Shown here in pieces: positions 9,336-18,718 of a DNA stretch of 58,147 bases (positions within the stretch are counted from its first letter, which is position 1; each line of letters opens with the position of its first letter). Source of the DNA: an uncultured Thermodesulfovibrio sp. (GTDB taxonomy: Bacteria; Nitrospirota; Thermodesulfovibrionia; Thermodesulfovibrionales; JdFR-85); assembly GCA_964542175.1 (NCBI GenBank), contig CAZITN010000003.1:4249-62395 (forward strand). Direction: 5' to 3'. Made by a program: the position numbers and the translations under genes. A model generated the notes under the pieces. It had not been told where the DNA came from and ran no database searches. It saw nothing but the letters and a program-made list of their open reading frames with translations.

Positions 9336-11792
9336 ATGGCAGATAAGGCGAAATTATTTAAAGAAGCCCAGAAACACATCTCCAAGGGGCAGATAGACAA
9401 GGCAATCCAGTTATGGGAGGACTATGTCCTCCATCACCCGGATGGTAATATCTATAATACGATCGGAGATCTCTACTACCGGAGCGGCAAGAAAGAAAAG
9501 GCGATAGAGTTCTTTCACAAGGCTGCAGACTTCTTTCATGCCGAAGGATTTCTTACCAAGGCACAGGCCCTTTACAAGAAGATACTGAATTACAACCCCC
9601 ATGACCCCCGCGCCCTTCACAACATCGGCCAGATGAATGAGGAGAAGGGCCTTGTCACCGATGCAATAAAGTACTATCTTGCCGCTGCTGACGCCTATGC
9701 CAAGGCCCGGGACAGGGATTCACTCAAGGAGATATCCAGGAAGATCGTGGAACTCTCACCAGGCAACCTCTCCCTCCGGGTGAAACTGGCCCAGTACTTA
9801 CAGAAGGAAGGTTTCATAGAGGATGCCGCCTCGGAATACCTCGACATAGGTAGGGTATGTGAGGAGAGCGGAGACATTGACCAGGCCCGGGAGTTCTATG
9901 AACTCTCCCTTGAACTGTTTCCTCGTTTGAGAGATATTTACGACATCCTTTTCGAATTCTATGTCTCCCAGGAAGAGTATGAGAAGGCAAGGGAACTTCT
10001 CGAGAAGGGTAAGGAACTCTACTCTGACCTTATTGACCTCGATCTGAACCTGGCTGAACTGGAAAGGGCTGAAGGTGCCCTGGAGAGTGCAAAGGAAAAA
10101 CTGCTCAGAATCCTCTCCGAGGTCAGTCTGGTTGATCAAAAGAATCTCTATATCAGGGCAAGCAGACTCCTTGCAGATATATATATAGATGAGGGGAAAC
10201 ATGACCTTGCCTGGGAGAGTTACGGGGTAGTCCTTGATTCAATCATGGAAAAAGGTGCCTTTGACGAGGCGGTCGGAATCCTGGGCAGATTCAGGGAGAG
10301 TCTTCCTGAGGAGACAGCGGAAAAACTGATAGAGATTTACAGAAAGACCGGTGACAACGAACTGCTTGCCTCAGAACTTATCTTGCTTGGTGACAGAAAA
10401 CTTCAGGATGGTGACAAGGAGAAGGCACTCAGATTTTATACTGAGGCGGAGAAGGCATCTCCGGATCACCCGGAAGTCAGAGAAAAGATAAAGTCCCTGG
10501 AGGAAGAACTCGGTTATGAGGAGGAAGAGGTTGAAGAGGAGAAGCCGGAGAAGACTCTGGATGAAAAGTTAGGGGACGCCGATATATTTGTAAGGTACGG
10601 CCTTCTTGATGAGGCCCTGGATGTGCTTGAAAAACTGAAGGTGGACGAGCCGGAGAACCTTGAGGTCCACAGGAGGTTGAAGAATATATACCTCGAAAGG
10701 AACGACAAGGAGTCCGCTGTAACAGAGTGCCTGATCATGGCAAGGCTCTTTGAGCGGGAAGGCAGAATCGAGCATAAGGAACAGGTGCTGAAAGAGGCCT
10801 TTGACATCTACCCTGAAGATCCGCGTCTCCTGGAGCTTGCAAAGTCAGAAGGTGGCATTTCGTCTCAGAAGGAGCTGGAACCTGAATTCCAGGGCAGTGC
10901 CCTTGAGGGGTTTGAGATGATGGAGGAGCCCCAGGCCGCAGAAGAGCCTCCTCAGGGTGGGCTTCCGGAGTATTCGGAGGAACTGGCTGAAGCCGATTTT
11001 TACATACGCCAGGGTCTCTATGAAGATGCCATGGCTATTTACAGGAGGCTTCTCAGGACGTTCCCAGGGAATGAGGAGATAAAGAAGAGGATGGAGGAGA
11101 TTGGCGGTTCTGCTGAGGAAACAGCAGCTTCCCTCTCAGAATCCAGTGAAATGACTCCTCCTGCAGAGGAAGCCGCCTCCGCCCCTGAAGAGGAGGAGGT
11201 TTATGAGGGGGTGACCGAAGAGATTCCCCTTCAGGAGGAGCTGGAGGAGCCGCCTGTTGAGGAGACCCCTGAGCCAAGCCTTGATACAGAGGTGCTCGAG
11301 ATATTTGAGGAGTTCAAGAAGGGGATCTCCGAGGAACTTGAGGAAGAAGACTATGAGACCCATTACAACCTTGGTATTGCTTACAAGGAGATGGGGTTGC
11401 TTGATGATGCCATAAAGGAGTTCCAGATGGCGAGAAACGATCCTGAGCGGAAAATTCATGTCCTGACCATGCTCGGGATCTGTTATATGGAAAAAAAGCT
11501 CTACTCACTGGCGATAGAGGTATTCTCGGATGCCCTTAAGGGGATGACTGAAAGGGATGAGTCCTACTGGGGGCTCAGGTATGACCTTGCCGAGGCCTAT
11601 GAAAAACACGGGGATATAAAGAGTGCATTGAACCACTACATAGAAGTCTATGGCTGGAATTCCTCTTTCCGGAATGTGAATGAACGGGTAAACCAGTTGA
11701 AACAGAATACCGGTGATGCGAAGGATAATGTTGAGGTTGCTGAGGAAGAGGATAACAGGAAACCCAGAAAGGATCGTATCTCCTATATCTGA
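9336..11792 (+). CDS. large TPR-repeat protein with acidic low-complexity inserts
   Basis: 818 aa. Many 34-aa TPR-like units (YNTIGDLYY..GKKEKAIEFFHKA, HYNLGIAYKEMGLLDDAIKEF) and E-rich spacers. Confidence 0.85.
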   Translation: MADKAKLFKEAQKHISKGQIDKAIQLWEDYVLHHPDGNIYNTIGDLYYRSGKKEKAIEFFHKAADFFHAEGFLTKAQALYKKILNYNPHDPRALHNIGQMNEEKGLVTDAIKYYLAAADAYAKARDRDSLKEISRKIVELSPGNLSLRVKLAQYLQKEGFIEDAASEYLDIGRVCEESGDIDQAREFYELSLELFPRLRDIYDILFEFYVSQEEYEKARELLEKGKELYSDLIDLDLNLAELERAEGALESAKEKLLRILSEVSLVDQKNLYIRASRLLADIYIDEGKHDLAWESYGVVLDSIMEKGAFDEAVGILGRFRESLPEETAEKLIEIYRKTGDNELLASELILLGDRKLQDGDKEKALRFYTEAEKASPDHPEVREKIKSLEEELGYEEEEVEEEKPEKTLDEKLGDADIFVRYGLLDEALDVLEKLKVDEPENLEVHRRLKNIYLERNDKESAVTECLIMARLFEREGRIEHKEQVLKEAFDIYPEDPRLLELAKSEGGISSQKELEPEFQGSALEGFEMMEEPQAAEEPPQGGLPEYSEELAEADFYIRQGLYEDAMAIYRRLLRTFPGNEEIKKRMEEIGGSAEETAASLSESSEMTPPAEEAASAPEEEEVYEGVTEEIPLQEELEEPPVEETPEPSLDTEVLEIFEEFKKGISEELEEEDYETHYNLGIAYKEMGLLDDAIKEFQMARNDPERKIHVLTMLGICYMEKKLYSLAIEVFSDALKGMTERDESYWGLRYDLAEAYEKHGDIKSALNHYIEVYGWNSSFRNVNERVNQLKQNTGDAKDNVEVAEEEDNRKPRKDRISYI

Positions 11793-11809
11793 AGATCGCT
11801 ACGATTAAA

Positions 11810-12634
11810 ATGGGATATCTTGAATATTATGATCTCAAGGAACACCCCTTCACCAATGTTGTAGATAACAGGTTTTACTACAACAGTGTCCAGCACTATG
11901 AGGCCCTTCAGAAACTCCGGTATGCCATTGACAGCCGGAGGGGCCTGGCCGTTGTTATAGGGGATATCGGGACCGGGAAGACCACGCTTGCCCGGCGTCT
12001 CCTCGACGAACTGGATGAGGAGCAGTACGAGGCAACTCTCCTTGTGGTGATTCATTCCTCGGTGAGTTCCGACTGGCTCCTAAAGAAGTTTGCCATGCAG
12101 CTCGGCGTTGATGGGATAAAGACCGACAAACTGGAGATTCTGGGGCAGATCTACGAGAGGCTGAGGGAGATCAATGAGGAGGGGAGAAAGGCGGTCATCC
12201 TCCTTGACGAGGTCCAGATGCTCAACTCCCGGGAACTGATGGAGGAATTCAGGGGGCTCCTAAATATGGAGGCACCTGAGGGGAAACTTGCCAATTTTGT
12301 ATTCTTCGGTCTTCCGGAACTGGAAGATGTCCTCTCCCTCGACGAGCCATTAAGACAGAGGGTAGCCGTGAGGATAAAACTCACCTCGCTTACCGAGGAA
12401 AACACCCTTGATTACATCAGGCACAGACTTCATATCGCCGGTGCTGAGAAGGATGTCTTCACGGAAGATGCGATGAGAAGGGTTTACAGGTATTCAAGAG
12501 GGGTTCCAAGGCTGATCAATACACTATGTGACAATGCCCTTCTCGAGGGGTTCCTGCTGAAGCGGAAGGATATAGACGGGGATGTCCTTGATACGGTTGC
12601 GGTTGATCTCGGTCTCGGCTCTGAAGTCGGGTGA
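11810..12634 (+). CDS. ExeA/MshM-like AAA ATPase
   Basis: 274 aa. Walker A GDIGTGKTT and Walker B ILLDEVQ, with the length and layout of the ExeA/GspA family. Starts 18 nt after the TPR gene. Confidence 0.85.
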   Translation: MGYLEYYDLKEHPFTNVVDNRFYYNSVQHYEALQKLRYAIDSRRGLAVVIGDIGTGKTTLARRLLDELDEEQYEATLLVVIHSSVSSDWLLKKFAMQLGVDGIKTDKLEILGQIYERLREINEEGRKAVILLDEVQMLNSRELMEEFRGLLNMEAPEGKLANFVFFGLPELEDVLSLDEPLRQRVAVRIKLTSLTEENTLDYIRHRLHIAGAEKDVFTEDAMRRVYRYSRGVPRLINTLCDNALLEGFLLKRKDIDGDVLDTVAVDLGLGSEVG

Positions 12635-13990
12635 TCACTCCATCCTGAGTATTCCCAGTGCCTGATGTATGTCTTCTACTTCGTGATATTCGGCTGTTTC
12701 ATCCATCTTTGAGAGTTTCCTCTTCTGTCTGGGCATGAGGAAACTTCTGAATCCAGTCTTGATACCCTCCTTTATCCTCTGTTCTGAACTGCTCACATTC
12801 CTTATCTCTCCGGAGAGGCCGATCTCTCCAAAGGCTATCATATCCCGCCTCAGAGGGATATCAAGAAGGGATGAGGCGATAGAGAGGGCTATAGGGAGGT
12901 CTGTGGCAGGTTCGACCACCTTCAGGCCGCCTACGACATTGACATAGATATCGTTCAGACCGAGTTGGAGTCCTCCGATCTTTTCAAGTACCGCTATTAA
13001 GAGGTTTACTCTCTGGTAGTCAACACCGATGGCGGTTCTCCTGGGCATGCCGAATGAGGTGGGAGAGACGAGGGCCTGGATTTCGACTATGAATGGTCTT
13101 GTCCCTTCGAGTGTTGATGTAACCGAAGTGCCTGGCACTTCAGTAGCCTTTTCGCTAAGGAACAACTCCGAGGGGTTAAGGATTTCCGTAAGCCCCCTGT
13201 CGGTCATCTCGAAAATGCCTATCTCATTGGTGGAACCGAACCGGTTCTTCACTGCCCTGAGAATCCGGTAGGTGTGGGACCGGTCACCCTCGAAATAAAG
13301 GACCGTATCAACGAGGTGCTCCAGCACCCGGGGACCGGCTATTGCACCTTCCTTGGTCACATGGCCGATTATCAAGGTAGGAATTTCAAGCCGTTTTGCC
13401 GTCTCCATCAACCTTGCGGCACACTCCCGGACCTGGGCCACCGTCCCTGGTGCAGAGGAGAGTTCTTCACTATGTATGGTCTGGATGGAATCGACTACTG
13501 TAACGGCAGGACCTGTCTCTTCCATGGCTGAAAGGATGTTTTCCAGTGATGTCTCAGGTAGAATAAGAATATTGTCGGAGTCTATATTCATCCTCCCGGC
13601 ACGGAGCTTTATCTGAGGGGCCGATTCCTCGCCGGAGATGTACAGTGCGGAAGAGTTGTTTCCGGAGAGATAGCCATTTACGGCCTGTAGAAGAAGGGTC
13701 GACTTTCCCACACCGGGATCCCCGCCGATGAGTACGAGAGAACCAGGAACAAGTCCTCCACCGAGGACTCTGTCGAGTTCTCCTATCCCCGTTGACCTCC
13801 TCTCGCCGGCGGTAAAGGTAATTTCTCTAAGAGGTACAGGAGTGGCCGAGGGGGACTTTTTCTTCCTTGAGACACTCTCAGCTGCCTCTTCGACAAGGGT
13901 ATTCCATTCATTACAGGCAGGACACCGGCCCAGCCACTTCAGAGACCTCTGGCCGCAGGACTGGCAGACAAAAAAGGTCTTCTGCTTCAT
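12635..13990 (-). CDS. radA: DNA repair protein RadA/Sms
   Basis: N-terminal zinc finger CQSCG..CPAC, Walker A GGDPGVGKST, KNRFG motif and a Lon-like C-terminal domain. Confidence 0.96.
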   Translation of the reverse strand: MKQKTFFVCQSCGQRSLKWLGRCPACNEWNTLVEEAAESVSRKKKSPSATPVPLREITFTAGERRSTGIGELDRVLGGGLVPGSLVLIGGDPGVGKSTLLLQAVNGYLSGNNSSALYISGEESAPQIKLRAGRMNIDSDNILILPETSLENILSAMEETGPAVTVVDSIQTIHSEELSSAPGTVAQVRECAARLMETAKRLEIPTLIIGHVTKEGAIAGPRVLEHLVDTVLYFEGDRSHTYRILRAVKNRFGSTNEIGIFEMTDRGLTEILNPSELFLSEKATEVPGTSVTSTLEGTRPFIVEIQALVSPTSFGMPRRTAIGVDYQRVNLLIAVLEKIGGLQLGLNDIYVNVVGGLKVVEPATDLPIALSIASSLLDIPLRRDMIAFGEIGLSGEIRNVSSSEQRIKEGIKTGFRSFLMPRQKRKLSKMDETAEYHEVEDIHQALGILRME

Positions 13991-13992
13991 TG

Positions 13993-14763
13993 TCAGGTCC
14001 TCAGAATCCCCATGCCCCTTCCAGGGCGGAAGGCCTTCCCGATTGCATCGATCGTCAGTTTTTTTGCGTTCATTGCTGCTTCCATGATCGGTTGTCTAAG
14101 AGCTATGTAAGAGGCAAGGGCGGATGAGAAGAAACAGCCCGTACCGTGATATTCCCCCGGATATCTCCTTCCCTCCATCTCATAAAACCTTCCCTCCATG
14201 TAACATATATCCTGAATGTCCTTCTCCTGACCAAGATGACCTCCCGTTACTATCACCGCACTGGGCCCCCTGCGGGTCAACTCCCTGGCAGCCCTTTTGG
14301 CGTCATCAGTACCGGTTATGGTGATACCCGTCAACAGCTGGGCCTCGTAAATGTTCGGTGTCATAACAGTAACAAAGGGCAGAAGCGGTGTGATTACACC
14401 TTCAATCCCCTCGTCCTCTGTGAGAACCTTCCCTGAAGATGACACGGTTACTGGATCAAGTACAAGGGGGATGGGTGGAAGGCCTTTCAAAGTCTCTGCA
14501 ATGGAAGTGGATATCCCCCTGGAATAAAGCATCCCCGTCTTTATTGCTGAGACCTCCATGTCTTCAAGAAGGGCACTCAACTGGTCTCTTACAGCTTCAG
14601 GGGGTAGAGGCATGATGTCCTTCACGCCGGTTGTGTTCTGGACGGTTATGGCGGTTATTACGGAGAGTCCGTGAAGCCCAAGGGAGTGGAAGACCTTCAG
14701 ATCTGCCTGGATGCCGGCTCCTCCCGTAGGGTCGGAACCGGCTATGGTCAGAATGTTTTTCAT
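13993..14763 (-). CDS. thiD: hydroxymethylpyrimidine/phosphomethylpyrimidine kinase
   Basis: 256 aa. Motifs TIAGSDPTGGAGIQADLK and GTGCFFSSA, typical of ThiD. Confidence 0.93.
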   Translation of the reverse strand: MKNILTIAGSDPTGGAGIQADLKVFHSLGLHGLSVITAITVQNTTGVKDIMPLPPEAVRDQLSALLEDMEVSAIKTGMLYSRGISTSIAETLKGLPPIPLVLDPVTVSSSGKVLTEDEGIEGVITPLLPFVTVMTPNIYEAQLLTGITITGTDDAKRAARELTRRGPSAVIVTGGHLGQEKDIQDICYMEGRFYEMEGRRYPGEYHGTGCFFSSALASYIALRQPIMEAAMNAKKLTIDAIGKAFRPGRGMGILRT

Positions 14764-14767
14764 TCTC

Positions 14768-15730
14768 TCAGAGCTTTATCTCAATGAATTCTCTGCTTCT
14801 CAGTGCCTTCATCCACTGCCTGAACTTCTGGCGGAACTTTCGTTCAGTTAATCTTTCCCGGATCTTGTCCTTGAGGGCATCAAAGGATTTTACCCTGTCC
14901 TCCAGATAAAGTATGTGTAACCCTCGGTCTGTCCAGAAGGCCCGGCTTATCTGCCCGGGCTCAAGCCCATCCAGTGCTTCGAGAAGGGGCTTGGCAAGAC
15001 TTGACTTTTTGATATACCCGAGGTCTCCTCCCTGCTTTGCATTGGCTCCTTCGGAATACCGGATTGCAAGGCTTTCAAAGGATTCCCCGTTCTTAAACTC
15101 ATCGATGATCTCTGCTGCTCGCTTCTCAACCGCCTCTCTCGATCCCCCGGGAGGCTTGAGGAGCAGTATCTGTCTGATACGAAGTTCCTCTTCAGGAGTA
15201 TCGGGATTCTTGCTGCTCCCAATTTCATCCTCTATCTCCTTCTCAGTTACGACAATCCTGCTTCTTATCTCACGGTCAAGGAGTTTTGAGATTATTATCT
15301 GTTCTGCCAGCTTCTTTCTGTACTCCCTCATGGTGAACCCTTCTCTCTTGAGGGTTTCAGTAAATTCATCCATGTCCATTCCGAACCGTTTCCTTATCTC
15401 ATCCACTGCTGCATCGAGTTCGGATCTTGTAACTCCGATGTTCTTTTTTTTCGCCTCATTCAACTGAAGCTTTGTGTCGATAATCTTTTCAAGGTAATCC
15501 TTCTCGTACCGGGAGAGTATCTTGCGTCGTTCCCCCGGTGAGATTCCGCTTAATCTGCCGGCAAATTCGAACTCCATGGACTTGTAGAGTTCACTCCATG
15601 TGACCACCTCCTTGCCGACTACAGCAACTACACGGTCTAGGAGGATGGCCTTTGCCTCCAGAAGGCCGGTCATGGAGAGTAAAAAGGCCAGAACTGAGAG
15701 TATTGACAGGGTAAGTCTGGATATCCTCAT
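14768..15730 (-). CDS. periplasmic chaperone/peptidyl-prolyl isomerase, SurA-like
   Basis: Signal peptide, a SurA N-terminal-like helical region and one parvulin PPIase domain (QGGDLGYI). Confidence 0.82.
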   Translation of the reverse strand: MRISRLTLSILSVLAFLLSMTGLLEAKAILLDRVVAVVGKEVVTWSELYKSMEFEFAGRLSGISPGERRKILSRYEKDYLEKIIDTKLQLNEAKKKNIGVTRSELDAAVDEIRKRFGMDMDEFTETLKREGFTMREYRKKLAEQIIISKLLDREIRSRIVVTEKEIEDEIGSSKNPDTPEEELRIRQILLLKPPGGSREAVEKRAAEIIDEFKNGESFESLAIRYSEGANAKQGGDLGYIKKSSLAKPLLEALDGLEPGQISRAFWTDRGLHILYLEDRVKSFDALKDKIRERLTERKFRQKFRQWMKALRSREFIEIKL

Positions 15731-15822
15731 AGCATCTCCTGTTTTAAAGTGGTATCTTTATTTTTCAACATAAGGTTTCCCCATCCTGTAAATGCTGTTT
15801 CCTGCACGGAGATGCAGGTGGA

Positions 15823-16251
15823 TCAGGCAAGTGTTACATCATCCACTGCAGAGGCAACCACGAATATCCTTCTGTTGTTGCTCTCCTCATCAGCAGGAAT
15901 CATGAAGAAGCCCTTCTTCCCGGAGGTGTTTCCTGAGAGAAAAAATCCCTTTTCCCACGGGATGTTACCTTCCACATAACCAAGAAGGGTTTCCCGGTCC
16001 TTGAACCTTACATAGATGCGCCTCTTTTTTCGATGAAGACCCCTGTAATGCTTCTTTTCCCTGTAATCCGGGTTTCCCTCAAAGGACTTCACAAAGAAGA
16101 TCGCCTTCAACGATCTTATGGGAAGGGTCAAGGTCTTTCCTGTTCCATCCTCAACCAGGGAGATAAGATCGGAAAGTTCTGTGAAATCCTTCAGGTATCC
16201 CTTGATGGTTTTTCCATCAAGCATTCTCAAAACTACCCGTTCGTCGGCCAT
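15823..16251 (-). CDS. hypothetical protein with internal tandem duplication
   Basis: Two roughly 65-aa halves resemble each other (VVLRMLDGKTIKGYL / IYVRFKDRETLLGYV, AIFFVKS / RIFVVAS). Start is ambiguous: ATG 16251 (MADERVV) or TTG 16368. Confidence 0.5.
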   Translation of the reverse strand: MADERVVLRMLDGKTIKGYLKDFTELSDLISLVEDGTGKTLTLPIRSLKAIFFVKSFEGNPDYREKKHYRGLHRKKRRIYVRFKDRETLLGYVEGNIPWEKGFFLSGNTSGKKGFFMIPADEESNNRRIFVVASAVDDVTLA

Positions 16252-16364
16252 TTTTTTAACAGAATACCGGATGAATGCCCCGGTCTTTGACCGGTATGAA
16301 GACCGGCTAATTAAAGTTAATCCAGCTTCCTTGTCTGGAAGATCCGATCTGAAGGCAGGAGTCT

Positions 16365-17267
16365 TCAATTAATGAATTTTTTTATCTCCGCCTTCTTTCT
16401 CTTCTCAGAAATATAATGGGCAATCATTGCCTGACGTTTCCGGGAGAGCAAGAGCTGCCGGATCTGGTCTTTTGCCTCTTCATAAGTCATTACGCGTTCG
16501 GGTTCCCTCTTTTTTACCTTCAGTAAATAGAACCCCTCTGCGCCCTTATAGGGGCCGCCGTATTCTCCTTCCTTGAGTTCCCTCAGGGCATCAGCAATGG
16601 CCCCCCTGAAAAAGTCCGGCCTTGCCCATCCGTAATCGCTTACAACTGCCCGGTTTTCCTTCTTCAACTTCTCGCCAAGGGCATCAAAGTCAAGCCCTTC
16701 CTCCTTCATCTCCTTGATGATCTTTTCCCCTTCTTCCCGGGTGGGGACCTGGATGAGTTTTACATAAACCCTTTCCGGTTTCATCATGGGGGTTGGGCTC
16801 TCTTTATAGTATTTCTTTATATCTTCTTCTTTTATTGAGTCGTCAGATACAAGGCTCTCGATGAATTTATTGATGGTAAGGCGCTCTCTTACCTGCTTTC
16901 TGTGCTCCTCCTGGCTAAGGCCGAGTTTCTTGAGGGTTTCATTGAATCGGTCCTCGCCAAGCCTTTTCTTTATTGATGCTATCTCTTCATCTATCTCCTT
17001 GTCAGCAACATTTATGTTCTTTTCTCTGGCTCCCTGCAGAAGAAGCCTGTTACCGATAATCTCGTCAAGGACTGCATCCTTCAACTTGCTTTCAGCGATA
17101 TCAGCTCCCTGAACCTTATGGGATTCCATTCTCTGTTTCAGCTTCTGGTTGAACTCCTTCAGCGATATCTCTTCACCGTTTACTATTGCGGCAGGTTTTT
17201 TTGAGCAAGAAATTCCGGAAAGACCGAGGAGAAACAGTATTACTACTATCAGGGTAAGCCTATTCAT
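16365..17267 (-). CDS. PrsA/PpiC-type peptidyl-prolyl isomerase lipoprotein
   Basis: Lipobox LSGISC after the signal peptide, SurA-N-like helices and a parvulin-type domain. Confidence 0.82.
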   Translation of the reverse strand: MNRLTLIVVILFLLGLSGISCSKKPAAIVNGEEISLKEFNQKLKQRMESHKVQGADIAESKLKDAVLDEIIGNRLLLQGAREKNINVADKEIDEEIASIKKRLGEDRFNETLKKLGLSQEEHRKQVRERLTINKFIESLVSDDSIKEEDIKKYYKESPTPMMKPERVYVKLIQVPTREEGEKIIKEMKEEGLDFDALGEKLKKENRAVVSDYGWARPDFFRGAIADALRELKEGEYGGPYKGAEGFYLLKVKKREPERVMTYEEAKDQIRQLLLSRKRQAMIAHYISEKRKKAEIKKFIN

Positions 17268-17377
17268 CTGAACCTCCTTGAGCAGAGTTTTCGGTTACTC
17301 ATAATGGGAACTTTGCTGGAACTGGTAATGAAATTTTGACATAATGAAAATGACAAATGCAAGGATTGCCTTCCTGA

Positions 17378-17407
17378 TTGACAACCAACCAGAAGATTCT
17401 CTATACT
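17378..17407 (+). promoter_or_regulatory. sigma70-type promoter of the thi operon
   Basis: TTGACA (17378-83), an 18-nt spacer, then TATACT (17402-07), about 10 nt upstream of the riboswitch P1. Confidence 0.45.
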
Positions 17408-17417
17408 TAAAGAAGAA

Positions 17418-17560
17418 ATCCCTGGGGGAGGCCAGAGCCTGAGAACCCTGTGTTGACCGGATTGGTGGAGCTGGTTTTAACGGCTCTCACCAGAATTGTA
17501 GGGTTGAGACAGGGGACCCCTTGAACCTGAACCGGTTAATGCCGGCGGAGGGAACGGGAT
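17418..17560 (+). promoter_or_regulatory. TPP (THI-box) riboswitch
   Basis: Hallmark ACCCCTTGAACCTGAACCGGTTAATGCCGGCGGAGGGAA, with UGAGA motifs at about 17439 and 17504. P1 is ATCCC (17418-22) paired with GGGAT (17556-60). It sits upstream of thiS-thiG. Confidence 0.8.
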
Positions 17561-17564
17561 GGTG

Positions 17565-17596
17565 GCCGCAATCCATCCGGGGATGCGGCTTTTTTT
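17565..17596 (+). terminator. riboswitch expression-platform terminator
   Basis: GCCGCAATCC / GGATGCGGC stem followed by TTTTTTT. A competing GGATGG/CCATCC hairpin overlaps the P1 3' side. Confidence 0.7.
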
Positions 17597-17833
17597 ATGG
17601 AAAGAGAACCGACCTTGAAGATCAGGCTTAACGGAGATGAATACAGCACTGATGGCCCTCTGAGCGTTGAAGACCTTCTTCGTCGCCTTGAGATCCATCC
17701 TGAGAGGGTTGCAGTAGAGGTAAATCTGAAGATTGTAAAAAAACAGGATTATCAAACGACAATACTCCAGGAGGGAGACCAGGTTGAGGTGGTGAGTTTT
17801 GTGGGAGGAGGCAACGATGGTTGTCTTTGTTAA
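17597..17833 (+). CDS. thiS: sulfur carrier protein ThiS with C-terminal extension
   Basis: Ubiquitin-like ThiS (KIRLNGDEY...VEVVSFVGGG) followed by NDGCLC before the stop. The start may be TTG 17615 (MKIRLNG), because ATG 17597 abuts the terminator U-tract. Confidence 0.85.
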   Translation: MEREPTLKIRLNGDEYSTDGPLSVEDLLRRLEIHPERVAVEVNLKIVKKQDYQTTILQEGDQVEVVSFVGGGNDGCLC

Positions 17834-17872
17834 TCCGTTTTTTGAATATAAACAGACTAAAAAGGAGATGCC

Positions 17873-18646
17873 ATGGAAGACAGATTTGTCATAAAGGGGA
17901 TCGAGTTCAAGTCAAGGCTCTGGATCGGTACCGGCAAGTACAGGGATTTTGAAGAGACCGCGAAGGCCGTTGAGGCCTCTGGCTCAGATGTGGTGACGGT
18001 CTCTGTAAGAAGGGTGAACATATTTGACAGGAAATCCCCAAACCTCCTTGACTACATTGATCCCAGAAAGTACAAGATACTTCCGAACACGGCCGGTTGT
18101 TATACTGTTGAGGACGCCCTGAGGTACGCCCGACTTTCACGGGAGGCCGGGATCTCGGACCTCGTTAAGCTCGAGGTGATAGGAGATCAGAAAACGCTTT
18201 TTCCTGATGTCTGCGGGCTTCTGGAGGCTACGGAGACCCTGGCAAAGGAGGGGTTCATCGTCTTGCCCTATACTAATGATGATCCGATAATTGCCCGGAG
18301 ACTGATTGATGCAGGTGCTGCTGCAGTCATGCCTCTGGGAGCGCCTATAGGCTCCGGTCTGGGTATCAGAAACCCCTATAACATAAAGATCATCCTTGAA
18401 ACCATTGATATACCCGTGATTGTGGATGCCGGGGTGGGCACGGCCTCTGATGCAGCTATTGCGATGGAGCTGGGTTGTGATGCCGTACTCATAAATACGG
18501 GGATTGCCGGTGCTCAGGACCCCATAGCGATGGCAGCTGCCATGAAGCATGCCGTAATCGCCGGGAGGCTTGCCTACAGGGCCGGCAGGATCCCGAAGAA
18601 GCTCTATGCAACGGCAAGCAGCCCCCTTGAAGGGATGCTGCTATGA
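17873..18646 (+). CDS. thiG: thiazole synthase
   Basis: 257 aa with full-length ThiG features ([26 protein letters not shown]). Confidence 0.96.
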   Translation: MEDRFVIKGIEFKSRLWIGTGKYRDFEETAKAVEASGSDVVTVSVRRVNIFDRKSPNLLDYIDPRKYKILPNTAGCYTVEDALRYARLSREAGISDLVKLEVIGDQKTLFPDVCGLLEATETLAKEGFIVLPYTNDDPIIARRLIDAGAAAVMPLGAPIGSGLGIRNPYNIKIILETIDIPVIVDAGVGTASDAAIAMELGCDAVLINTGIAGAQDPIAMAAAMKHAVIAGRLAYRAGRIPKKLYATASSPLEGMLL

Positions 18647-18718
18647 ATACGCAACAAACACGATAAGCTCAATTAACGCTAAAAACATAATACTATACTG
18701 ACGGGAGGTACAAGGCTT

